64,000 nucleotides of DNA from Lama guanicoe (lineage: Eukaryota): NCBI GenBank assembly GCA_013239625.1, contig MU053561.1, positions 1,056,826 through 1,120,825 on the forward strand. Reading direction: 5' to 3'. Numbering within the stretch: position 1 is the stretch's first letter; each line of letters opens with the position of its first letter. The notes beneath the pieces are model-generated. The model saw only the letters and a program-made list of their open reading frames with translations. It was not told the origin of the DNA and made no database searches. The translations under genes were made by a program, and so were the position numbers. Below, in pieces: positions 51,211 to 62,982 of this stretch.

Positions 51211-51713
51211 TGTTGTGGGGCACAGCGGGGTGGCTGGTCAGTGAGCCATCGACACATGGGTTGGTAAAAGAATTCAGTAGAGATGAAGTATAAGAATAGA
51301 AAGGAGTTCATTAGGGTTCACTGTCACAGACAACAGCGGACACACAGATGGACAGGTGTCTGTGTGAGCACCGAGGGCCAGTTATTGGGGTGTTTTATAA
51401 GGTCAGGTCACAGGGTGCACAAGGCTCTGATTGATTGTAGGTAAGGTAAGAGGTTTAGGGTCCATGAAGAGTTGGTGGGGTTTATGACTCTGATAAGGTG
51501 GGCTGAAACAAGGCCACCTGAGCATTTCCTAGGGCTATTCGTTTGTTAGGGGAAACACGCCCAGTAAACAGTGTACTTTATCTGATGAGGAATCACAGAC
51601 AGACAAGAGAGCCCAGAAATGGGGTTCGTTGGACTTTTAAGGACATCAGTGGGCCCAATACTTGTCTCCTTAATAAAGTCAGGCCAGCCTTATTTTTTGA
51701 CCATTCCGCTACA
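51211..51713 (-). mobile_element. Probable solo LTR, antisense
   Basis: TGT...ACA termini ~500 bp apart, with a minus-strand TATA (ttttataa ~51393). No clean TSD. Confidence 0.5.
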
Positions 51714-51907
51714 TCCAATATTCTTCCTGGAAATTTGAGGAAATTGACCAGTAGCAGGGTCTATATTTCCAGTTTAGTCTTGGATATTGAGAAGGCCAGG
51801 ATGTGGTCAGCATGGCTTGACAGGGCAAGGAGTGTCCAGCTCTCTAAAATTCTCCTGGGTAGTACGTGATTCGGTGTCCAGTTTGGGTGAGGAGAAAAAT
51901 TTCCCCA

Positions 51908-52007
51908 AAAGATCACAGGGGAACTATATCTTGGGACCCAGGATAAGGTGAACCAATAAAGATCACAGGGGAACTATATCTTGGGACCCAGGATAAGGTA
52001 AACCAAT
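51908..52007. repeat. Tandem duplication of a 50-bp unit (2 copies)
   Basis: aaagatcacaggggaactatatcttgggacccaggataaggt[g/a]aaccaat twice, with one mismatch. Confidence 0.97.
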
Positions 52008-54949
52008 GTCACCAAATAATTCCACAGATATAATAGATTATGGGTTGCCAGAGACGTACCTGTGGATTACAGTTTTTATATCATCCACCGCTTACACCCA
52101 GAAATGTTCAGAAATGAGTCTGTGGTATCTCACTGTCTCTGCTGAGGGTCAGGGGGAGTCATTTTATAAAGAGACAGGTGCTGGCATGTCACCTAGGTAT
52201 TGTTTAAGATTTCAGAAGAATATTAAAGATGACCTGTAGGACTATGATCAAGCCTGTAACAAATGGGGAAATTTTTCAAAGCCAGAAACATTTTGTTAGC
52301 ATAGGTCTTTTGAAAGGAGAGAGAGAAAATTATGATAGAAAAAAGAAAAGAAAAAATTCTAAATCTGTGGCTGAGAAAGCATAGATATTCACCTCTCTAG
52401 TGTGTCTTTAGGTTGTAATGTTTGTGCATGCCTTCTCTGTACTGTACAATGGGATAAGGCTTTAGCTCTTTAGATTTGTCAGAGGCCAGTAGGATTTGGT
52501 TTGTTTCCATGCAGCAATTACAGAGTGTTGGGGGGGGGTGCTAGATCTAGTCATTTATAGAGAGGAGGCTGTTATGACCCAGGGAGGGAGGCTTCTGAAA
52601 GAATCTGTGAGCTCCCTTACACCCAAGCACTTGGCTTCTTAGTGACTAATTTCTGTGGTATAGGAGGCAAGACTGTGGGAGGGAGCCATGGGACCTCATG
52701 ATTGCCCTGGGAGAATTTCAGGGATAAGCTGGGACGTGTTCCAGGACAGTCTCACAGGCTTCTGGTGAAGGGCTGAAAATCTGTCCTGAGGCCAGCTGTG
52801 AGGGAGAATGGAGAGAGGAGTGTATGGAGAAGACTTGTACTTGTTTAGGTGTGTCCTGATTTCAAATCTCTTGTCTCATTTGTAGACTGTGTGTCAGATC
52901 ACAGTGTCTGATTTTTAGTTACAAAAATACGGTTATGATCGATATGGAGAATTTACAAAGGACACCATCTACCCTTCAGGTGATTGTGTGATCCTCTCTG
53001 AGGGATCTCTTTGAAATTTGGTACCTGAGAGGAGTAGCACATTGGGTCCCTCAAGTTTCAGAAAGATGTTTTCTGAACTGCTTTCCAAGAAACTCTTCCT
53101 AGGTGTTTATTAAAAATTGGGGCTGTGGTTTCATAAATATTGGGAATATTGGGTTAAGCAAAATTAAACAGAAATCTTTACTCAGGAACTTCTCAGAGCC
53201 CTTAATTTGCTAACATAAACCGTGACTCTCAAAGACAAGGCATGTGGTGTCCTAACTTACTGCTTGAGGAAACTTACTGGTCTGGATTATCTCCTGATAC
53301 AGTCGTTCAAAAGTACACTCTTTAAAAAAACATACATTGGAAATAAAATGTCCTTACAACTTTTCTTCCAAGCCAGGAGAATTTTGAGAAAAGCCAGGGC
53401 ACTATTATATCCGTATAACAACTGTAAAGTAGAACTGTCCCAGGTAAGTTAGGGACATCTGGTCACCCTATTTGGGTGGCGTAAGCTTAGCATCTCACGG
53501 AACAGGCTGATTGGGGTGGCTCTGGAGCACTGGAGTTTTAAGGAGGAGGTGGTATTGATAAAGACGCTTGCTGGAGATGCAGGAGGTATCAACAGCAAAT
53601 TCACAGTTGACTTAGAGACTTTTAAGTGCACAGTGAGGGAGGAGGACTTCGGAAGGCTCCTTGGCAGAGCTGCAAACAGTAGCCATCAGTATTGTAGGTG
53701 GGAAATGCGTTGCCATCCCTGGGCCAGGTCTTCCTGCCATTCAGCTGGCCCTACCCAAGCCCTGTATTTCAGCAACATAATATGCTCACCAGTGGCATCA
53801 GGTCTCTGTGTGAGAGCCCATGACCCCTACTTGTAAAACAGCCAATTGCAAAAACAAACAAGCAGCTTCAAGGACCCTGGGAAAAGAGAATGCCATTTCA
53901 CCCAGGATCTGCCAAATAAAACAGTCTGGGGAAAACAAAATAAATAACTTCCTTAGGCCTAATGAGAAATGGCAAGTGTTTCTAATTCAGGCTTCCTCTG
54001 GGCCTCCTCTCTCTGATGGGCCATTGGAACCTGGTCTTGCAGAAGTTGCTGCTCTTTGCCCAGACTGGGCCTGGTACACAGCTGGCTTAGCTGCTCTGGG
54101 TCTCTTCTGGATGGCATCACGTACCGCATGTAGCATGGTGCCCATTTCGTCCTCCCACATCAGACGATTTTTCGAATCTTTCATCAGCTAAGATCTTCTG
54201 TTTATTTTGCCTGACTCCAATCCTGGAGCCTCAATCAGAGGGAGACTAGTAGAGAAGGCCATCTCAACCTCCTTCTCTCCCTGCATCAGAAGTAGGCAAG
54301 CTCATTATTTAAATATGTCTGTAATATGTATATATATGATATATATTGCAAAACCTTTTAATCAGGGAGTGACATGATTAATTTTTTTTTTAATTTAGGA
54401 ATATCCCTCTAGTTGCAGTAGGAAGACTGGATGAAAAGGGACGATTCTGGGGGCAGGGAGCTCAGCAGGGGAGATTTTGCAGGAGTGCATCTCCAGCTGT
54501 GCTAGCGGCTGAGAGAGCCCAGATGCCCCAGCGTTCAGAGGGATTCTCCTGTTTCTCTCAAAGCTGTAGAGAAGGGACCAGAAGAGGCAGCCTGTAACAA
54601 AGGCTTGCATCTGCATAGAGACTATTAGTACTTTGAAAAGCACTTCCACAATTATCTGACGTGATCTTCACAGCCATCTTGTGAATTTGGAAGTGTACGG
54701 GCTTGTATTTCCATTGCAGAAAGAGGGACACTCTGAGGCTCTGAGTGGTTTCACACGTCTGCTGATGGTCACAGTAGGGGTTAATGATAGAGCCAGGCTA
54801 GAACTCAGGTCTCCTAATTTCCCATCCTGAGTGTGTTTTATTGCAGCAAGTTCCTTGTCAGATAGGAGTTCTTTCAGGTTCGCTGCCTGAGTGTGTAAGG
54901 GAAGGTGGTAGCCGTACCTCACCCCTCCATGATGAGAAAATGTGTATTC

Positions 54950-55029
54950 TTTTCTTTTTTAATTGAAGTATATATATAGGTTTACAATGTTGTGTTTATT
55001 TCTGGTGTATAGCATAGTGATTCAGTTAT

Positions 55030-55061
<32 letters not shown>

Positions 55062-55172
55062 TTCTTCTCATATTCTTTTTGATTATAGGCTATTACAAAA
55101 TACTGAATATAGTTCCCTGTGTTATACAGTAGGACCTTGCTGTTTATGTGTTTTTTTATGTTAGTGCGTCTC
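54950..55172 (-). mobile_element. 5'-truncated L1 3' tail with an internal (CA)n
   Basis: Same tail family as 31885. Flanks gaaaatgtgtattc / gaaaatgggtgttc form a degenerate 14-bp TSD. Confidence 0.85.
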
Positions 55173-55239
55173 TGGAAAATGGGTGTTCCAGGGAGTGAAG
55201 TTACAGGCTCCTGTTTCCATAAAAGGACAAGTTTAGCCA

Positions 55240-55691
55240 TTACACTGGATTGAATAGAGTCCCCCAGTTGACATCCTTCTTGCAACCTTAGAATGTGACC
55301 TTGTTTGGAAACACAGTCTTTGCAGATGTAGTTAGTAAGTTAAGATGAGGCCATACCAGAGTAGAGTGTCCTAAATATGACTAGTGTCTTTACAAGAAGA
55401 GAAAAGACCCAGACACAGAGACACACTAGGAAGAAAGCCGTATGGCAACAGAGGCAGAGATCAGAGCGATGCATTTACGAGTCAAGAAATGCCGAGGATT
55501 GCCGACAACCACTGAAAGCCAGGAGAGAGAGGTGTGGCACAGGCTCTCCCTCAGAGCCTTCCAGAGGGAGACAAGCTTGCTGACACCTTGGTTTCAGACT
55601 TCTGGTCCCCAGAAATGTGAGAAAATACATTTCTGTTGTTTTAAGCCTCATCATTCATGATACTTTGTTACGGCAGCCTGGGAAACTAATA
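55240..55691 (+). mobile_element. MLT1 (MaLR) solo LTR
   Basis: agaatgtgaccttgtttggaaa...gtctttgcagatgta...gttaagatgagg...ttctgttgttttaagcc...tttgttacggcagcc...aaactaata. Confidence 0.9.
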
Positions 55692-55699
55692 TGGCTATG

Positions 55700-56350
55700 C
55701 TCTGAAAAAGCATCGTCCAATGGAAATGGAATGCAATTTGCACAGATAGTTTTAAATAGTTTAGTAGCTGCATAAAAAAGTTAAAAGGATAAGTTAATTT
55801 CAATAGTATATTTTATTTAACCCAAGTGTCAGTTATGCACGATGAACAGGCCTTAGAGATCTGCTTTCCAATGCTGTGCCTGCAGTTAACAGTACTGTAC
55901 TGAGTACTTCACAGTTTTTGTTAAGAGGGTAGGTCCCACGATAAGTGTTCTTACCACAGAGAAAACAAACAATGACAAAAGAACAAAGGGGCACGGGGAA
56001 ACTTTTGGTTGTGATAAATATGTTTATTACCTTGATTGTGGTGGTGGTCCATAGGTATACGCCTATGTCCAAACTCATCAAATTGTGTGCATTAAATGTG
56101 TGTAGTTTTTATATGTCAAGTATACTTCAATGAAAGCTGTTAAAAATGATGAGGCCCCCAGAATGAAAACAAAATTATCATTTAAGCATGTAATCAACAT
56201 AAAATTATTCATGCTATATTTTATAATCTTTTTTCAAATCTTGGAATTTGATAGGTTTTTACATGTACAGCGCATCTCAGTTTTAGACTTATTATTTCAA
56301 GTCTTCAGCTGTTACACGTGACTAGTGGCTTCCATTTTGGATAGCGGGGT
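55700..56350. mobile_element. MER33/MER3-like hAT-Charlie element split by an L1 3' fragment (~55830-56146, + strand)
   Basis: Left half gtccaatggaaat...attttatttaaccca and right half atcatttaagcatgtaatcaa...acacgtgactagtggcttccattttggatagc, with an L1M-type tail between them. Confidence 0.65.
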
Positions 56351-56394
56351 TGAGTTTTCCTCTCCATTTATCAAGCTGATGTGCACTGCAGCAA

Positions 56395-57455
56395 AGAAAG
56401 CCATGAATAAAACAGAAAGACAGCCTACAGACTGGGAGAAAATATTTGCACATGATGCAACTCAGTAACAACAACAACAACAACAACAAAACCCAATCAA
56501 AAGATGGACAGAAAACCTAAACTAAGACATTTCTCCAGTGAAGACATACAAGTGGCCAATAGGCACGTGAAAAGATTCCCAGTACTGCTAATTATCTGAG
56601 AAATGCAAATCAAAACTATAATGAGGTATCATCTCACATGGGTCAGAATGGCCATCATTAAAAAGTCCACAGACAATAAATGCTTGAAAGGATGTGGAGA
56701 AAAGAGGACTCTCCTACAGTGTTGGTGGAAATGTAATTTGGTGCAATCACTATGGAAAACAGTATGGAGATTCCTTAAAAAATGAAAAATAGACTTACCG
56801 CATGATCCAGCAATCCCATTCCTGAGCATATATCTGGAGAAAACTCTAATTTAAAACATACCGTATACCTCAATATTCATAGCGGCATTATTTACAATAG
56901 CCACTAGATGTGGAAGCAAGCTAAACGTCCATCAACAGATGATAGGATAAAAAAGTTGTGGCATATACATACAATGGAATACTACTCAGCCATGAGAAAG
57001 AATAAAAGGATGCCATTTGCAGCAACATGGATGGACCTAGAGATTATCATTTTAAATGAGGTAAGCCAGACAGAGAAAGACAAATATTATATGATATTAT
57101 TTATATGTGGAATCTAAAAAAATGACACAAATGGGCCTATTTACAAAACAGAAAGAGACCCACATACATAGAAAACAAATGTGTTGTTACTAAAGGGGAA
57201 AGGGAGGGGAGGGATAAATTGGGAATTTGGAATTAGCAGATACAAACTACTATATATAGAATAGGTAAACGACAAAGTCCTACTGTATAGCACAGGGAAC
57301 TATATTCAATATCTTGTAATAACCTATAATGAAAAAGAATATATATATGTGTGTGTGTATGTATGTGTGTGTGTGTATATATAACTGAATCACTATGCTG
57401 TACACCAGAAACTAATGCAACATTGTAAATCAACTATATTTCAATTAAAAAAAGA
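56395..57455 (+). mobile_element. 5'-truncated L1 (ORF2 C-terminus and 3' UTR)
   Basis: ORFs [22 protein letters not shown]...VWRFLKK and MEYYSAM...MPFAATWMDLEIIIL are L1 ORF2 C-terminal motifs. Ends tcaattaaaaaaa. Confidence 0.95.
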
Positions 57456-60400
57456 AAGATGATGCATTGCATTACTTCAGTGAAGGTGGGAAAGGGAGCA
57501 AGAAATGAGTCTTTGCCCTTTGCACTGTGCCTTCTGATGCTCTCTCAGTTCCTACTGATTTGTCCTAAACATACAGCCATCAAACACCCACTGCTCCTCT
57601 GCCAGGAGCATCAGGTCCAGCCCTGACCCTGGGGCCAGCAGCACATGGGATGGGGCAGAATTCCTTTCCAGACATGCTGCTTCCACGCCATCATTTCAGG
57701 GCATGTCCTAGGACCGTCTCCTTGGCCTGACTGAATCTTTCTCCAGCTTTCTGCCTTCTCCCAGGGATGAGGGATTCTCAGTCTTCTGGCTCCTTCTTGG
57801 AGCCCCAAATATCCATTGACCTGAAGCATCTAATTAAGCACACATCCTTCCTTCCCTCCCTTACACTGCTGCTTGGAGTGAGGCAGCAGGCGTGGGTTTG
57901 AATCTGACACTGACAGATTCTTATGCTGATTCCAAAGAGATGCCCAAACCAAATGTTACAAAGACAAACCATATGGGAGCTCCGGCACTCTGCGCCATTA
58001 ATAGGAATTTTTAAACGACCATGATTGATGGTGCAGCTCTTACAAGTCCAAGATCAATGAAAACGCATCTTGATCTTTTGAACTCCCTCATTTTTTCTTG
58101 GATCCTTTTCCTGTAGTATGAGGCCCATTTCTGTGATGCCTGAAGGCATCTGGGGCCCCTCCGATGGACTCACCATCCATACCCTTGCCAGCCTGCCTGT
58201 CTGTAGAGTGGCAGAGGCTGAGGTGAGGGCCTTGGAAACCAGAATTCTCATTGTGAGGTTAAATGCCAAACAGGCCTTTCAGAGTAGAAATTCCACATCC
58301 TGCCTAGAAAAGGACTCTGGACCACGTGAGGAACATCACTTACCTTGTTATAGTCTGAGGGTAATATCAAGATAAACATGGATGTTCTTGAGTTTTTGAC
58401 TGCACACTCATTCACCTGTGCGTGGAAGGGATGCCTCCTCCCCACCCCCTGCACTATACCAAGGCATTGAAGAGGGGCTTTGTAGAGAACTGCCTTACTT
58501 TGGAGTCTTGACCTTCTCTTCAAATCTGAAGATCCCTCTCCTGAGAATGCATACGCAAAAAAAATTTTCCATGCAATTTCAGGGCATTCACAAACCTGCA
58601 ACCCCTCCATGAACCTCATATTAAGGACAACTGATCCAGAGTAACTATTATGGGATTGAAGTGAGGCAGTCGGATTGAGGTGGGATACTGTAAAAAGGCA
58701 GGAAAACAGATCTTTTTCTTTTTTTATGTGTTTCTCAGAAAGCTTGCAACGATGCTTTTCGAAAATATGTTCCTTGGTAAAATGAGTTTGGGAAACACTG
58801 CACCCAGTTCTCTCTCCACTTCCACTTTGGAAATTTATAAGGCAGAATGGCATATTACATTTTCTAAGAAATCTTGGAGAAATTCCAAATTAATTTAACT
58901 AGGAAATCTTATTTTTGTATAGCACCTCAAATATCCCACAGAATATACTTGGGAAAATACTGGCCCATCTTAAATCTGGACCAACGTGTAGACCATTCCA
59001 CATCTTGGTTTCTCCCATGGGAGCTGCTGCACCCTGCTTTTCTTTCCATTTCCAACTACCATGTGTGCTCCTCTCCCTGCTGTGTTCTGAGTGGCATGAC
59101 CGTCAATGCCCCTGGCTAAGTGTGAGGAGGTAGGGCCATGAATGAAGACATCAGGTCTGCCTTTCTGCAGACACCCAGGAGGCATCATGCAACTGTACTT
59201 TGCTACAGAGGGTGCCATTCTCATAGAGTACAGCGTTACCAACGTTCCCTGGAATTGAGCAGTGGGGTGAGACTGAAGTACAGACTTCATTCACAAAGGG
59301 GTTCGCTGGCCTTTGCTCTTTCTCTGGTGTGTGGACAACCAGGATTTCTCTTTGGTGCCAGATGTCTAGAGCCACGCAATAGGAATCCCAGCTGTCAGGC
59401 TCTGTGGGAGACCTGGCTGAAAGAGGGAACAAAGAAAATGTCTCCAAGAGGTTGGCACTGAGGTGTGCCTTGAGAGACGTGAGGCTTTCATTCAGCGGTG
59501 AAAGGTCTCTTTGATAGAGGGGATGGACTGAGAAAAGGCAGGAGGCTTGAATCTCATGAAATCAGTGGTCCCTGGGGCACACAGTTGGAAACAGATCTCC
59601 ACAATTAAAGGGCACCTGACTATCTTTCCTGGCTTATATTTTGGAGAAGGCTGCTGCAGGGTACAAACTTCATTGAAGGCTCTACAGTTGTGGTATGGTA
59701 CAGAGTTAGGCGTTTGGCAGAATATCCCAAACCCAAACATGTTTTCCCCTCTTCCTTTTTTTAAAAAACTTTTTTTTTGGTTAATTATTAAATCCTGGGT
59801 ATTCCGTGGGAAACTTAATCCATCTGTTTCTGATTCTTTCACACTTATCGAAAAGTTATTTTGTAAAAACTTTTGGGTAGCCAAGCATCTTTCAGAACCA
59901 CTTCCATAAGCCTTGAAAGCCTATTTACTTTGAAGCAGGAAGTTGCTATTTTGCCAAGGAAACATGGGTCTTGGGATGGAGAGCCCCACTGCGGGACTTT
60001 CTGCCAACCTCGTGGGGTTCCCCAGCCAGCCAAACCATCTCTCCATTCTGGGCATGAGGCTGCAAGGTTTCCCCCAGTGCCGTGACTTTGTAGGCAGAAT
60101 GGAGCCAGCATTTTCTGTTTGCCATGGAGGTCATTGTACCTATGAGATTGATCAGTTTCTTGGCACCTTCAGCTTGCTTCAAGCACCAGAGGAAGTGAAC
60201 TCAGCATGCGGTTTCAAATGCTTTTTCCAAATCAGATTTCTTCAAACAAGGAAACTCCTAGGAACATGAGGATAGCCATTTAGAGGGCAGCTGCCTTTCC
60301 AGTTTCCCTCTGGCCCCAATGTCAGGGACCACTTCTTACCTATCTTTGAATCTGCAGTCTTTATCTCAGGGCTCGGCATAAAATAAGTGTTCAGGAAATG

Positions 60401-60934
60401 TGCACTGACTGCTGGCTCAGGGGTCAGTGTGTGAAAACAAAAATCACAGAAGTTCTCTTCACCCAGACTGAAGCAAACTAAGTCTTTAAAAAAAAATTCT
60501 CAAGGGATTCTTGTCTGTGTGGATATTAAAATATGTATCTGTTCTTGGGGTGGGGTGGGAATTTTACTTCTACAATATAAAGAAAATAATTAGTGCTTCT
60601 ATGAAGAGAATATCATGCTTACCAGGCTCCCAAATGGTTTAATTTCCACAAGGGAAGATTGATGGACTCAGAAAATATAACTGTTTTTCCTGTAGCAAGT
60701 GAAAACCTTATTAGACTGAATTGGTTCATGGTCGCCTGTCTTAACGCTTTTGTCATCATGGTTTTGATTATCCTGCTCAGAATTTCCAGGGGAATTTGAG
60801 AGTTTGAAATAGAAAAGCATCTGATCTGTGGGAGTGAAAACACTGGAAAGTGAAATCAGACCGGAGTTATGGACAGAGGCAGCAGACAGAGGTGTTGACA
60901 ACATAAGACGGAGTTTGACAATAATGGTAAACTG

Positions 60935-61150
60935 TTATTGAGCATTTCCCATCTGCCAGACACCATTCTAATTGCTAATTTGCAGTGTTTAATTCTCACG
61001 AAAACGTTTGAGGAAGGAACTGTTACCTTCTCTATTTACCAATGAGGAAACCAAAGCACAGAGACGTTGTCACTTGTCTGAGGTCACGCAGCAGAGGCAG
61101 AATTTGATCCCAAGCAGTGGACCTCCAGACTCTGTGTTCGGAACCCCAAC
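60935..61150 (-). mobile_element. MIR SINE
   Basis: tattgagcattt...tgccagacacc...tttaattctcac...aatgaggaaaccaaagcacagaga...gaggtcacgcagc. Confidence 0.75.
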
Positions 61151-61548
61151 CCAGCTACCTACACCACTTCTCATCTGTGCACAGTTGACAAGGCATTTGG
61201 AGCCCTTTGACCTCAGGACGATGACTGGGATGATGATCACAATAATAGCAATGATAATTGCTTTGTCTGTGTCACAGGGTGACTCTTGGAACCATTTCAA
61301 GTAATGACTATAAATACATTTGTAATATAAAGCCTGGGCCTGACTCAGATCAATGGCTCTATAAATATTTTTTGAGTAGCAGAATGAGAAAGAATAGCTT
61401 TATTATAAAATAAAAGTTAACTTTTTCCCCCAAATCTGCTGTGCTATCTATTCATACAGGGTCTTAATAGAGTTTAACACACAATAACTATCCCCCCCCA
61501 GAAACTTTTCCCTGGAGCTCATGTATAAATAAGAAATCCCATTCTTCC

Positions 61549-61586
61549 ATACATACACACACATATATATATATATACATACATAC

Positions 61587-61620
<34 letters not shown>

Positions 61621-62109
61621 GCACGCACACACAATGGAATATTACTCAGCCATAAAAAGAATGAAATGATGCCATTTGCAGCAACATGGATGGACCTAGA
61701 GATTATCACATCAAGTGAAGTTAAGTCAGACAGAAAAAGACAAATATCATATGATATCACTTATGTGTGGAATCTAAAAGAATGGTACAAATTCTATTTA
61801 CAAACCAAAAACAGACTCATGGACATAGAAAACAAATTGTGGTTACCAAGGGGGAAAGGGCGGGGGAGGGATAAATTAGGGGTTGCAGATTAACAGACAC
61901 ACATTACTACGTATAAAATAGATAAACAACAAGAACCTACTGTCTTGTACAGGGAACTATATTCAATTTCCTTTAATAGCATATAATGGAAAAGAATCTG
62001 AAAAGAGAAAATACATATGTATGTACATGTGTAACTGAATCACTCTTCTGTACACCTGAAACTAACATTGTAAATCAACTACACTTCAATAAACACTTAA
62101 AAATAAAAA
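61549..62109 (+). mobile_element. 5'-truncated L1 beginning in a compound (TA)/(CA) microsatellite
   Basis: acaatggaatattactcagccataaaaaagaatgaa...tcaactacacttcaataaa. Flanked by aagaaatccc (61531-61540 / 62110-62119). Confidence 0.92.
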
Positions 62110-62273
62110 AAGAAATCCCTTTTTTCCCAATGTCCCTTTCACCTCCTTGTTCTAATTGGCTCTTCCCTAAGGACACTGCTCCCTTTGCATTCCTCTGGGA
62201 GGGTGGCTGGTTTCTCTCCCACGTCCCTGGCGCCACAGAGCCTGGAACAGGATAGGAGTCCTCCTTGCTTCTT

Positions 62274-62470
62274 TTTTTTTTTTTTTAATTCATTCTCAGT
62301 TTTAATGCAATGAATAATTTAAAAGGATACATTTCAATTTTAAGGACATTATTCTAATTTGGTAAAGTAGTTCATGGCCTATTTTCATGTAAACTGTGTA
62401 CCTACAAAACAAGATATTACATCTCACATTTTGCACTGTCTCACTACATTAATTTTTTATTTTAATTGAG
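62274..62470 (-). mobile_element. ~200-bp polyadenylated retroinsertion (probable L1 3' transduction)
   Basis: Perfect 13-bp TSD ctccttgcttctt (62261-62273 / 62471-62483), poly(T) at the left end, and minus-strand ATTAAA at 62301-62306. Confidence 0.85.
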
Positions 62471-62589
62471 CTCCTTGCTTCTTATTTCTGGTCCCAAACC
62501 ATTGTCCCAGTATCTTCCATAAAAATGACCAGATTTGAAACTCAACATCGGATTAAATCATCTGCCAGTTTCCTTTGGGCAATCGTCTG

Positions 62590-62865
62590 CCGACCCCAGC
62601 ATCACTTCCCCTCATTCCTGACTCACTGTCACTTTCCCTGTTACTGTGCCCATTAAACTCTTGATGATTTCAATATTTACATAGTCCATTCTTCCTGTAC
62701 ACTGGCCTTTCAGCTCCTTGACCTCCCTTTCTCCAAACATCTTATACTCCATCTGACCTCAGCCAGTGACTCTCATGGTCATACCCACATGGCTGTCCCC
62801 ACTAAGAATCTCATCCCCTCCAGAATCTTAATTTTAAGAATCTCAGTATCTGACCACTGCTTCTT
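62590..62865 (+). mobile_element. L2 LINE endonuclease-region fossil
   Basis: cttgatgatttcaatatttac (GDFN-like), catggtcataccc (GHT-like) and tctgaccac (SDH) occur in the expected order in C/T-rich DNA. Confidence 0.6.
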
Positions 62866-62982
62866 ATCTTTTTTATTTTATATTATTTTCGTCTACCTGT
62901 ATCATCCTTCTCTATTCCATTTCCTTGCCTCCTCTCCAGAAGTAACCATTATCCCTAATTTTGTGCTTTTAATTCCCTTGAT

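Noticed and set aside
51908..52007. CRISPR-like repeat
   Set aside because: Only two abutting copies with no spacer, in a mammalian genome.
58248..58853. 201-aa minus-strand ORF
   Set aside because: No homology recognised; overlaps decayed repeat-like sequence.
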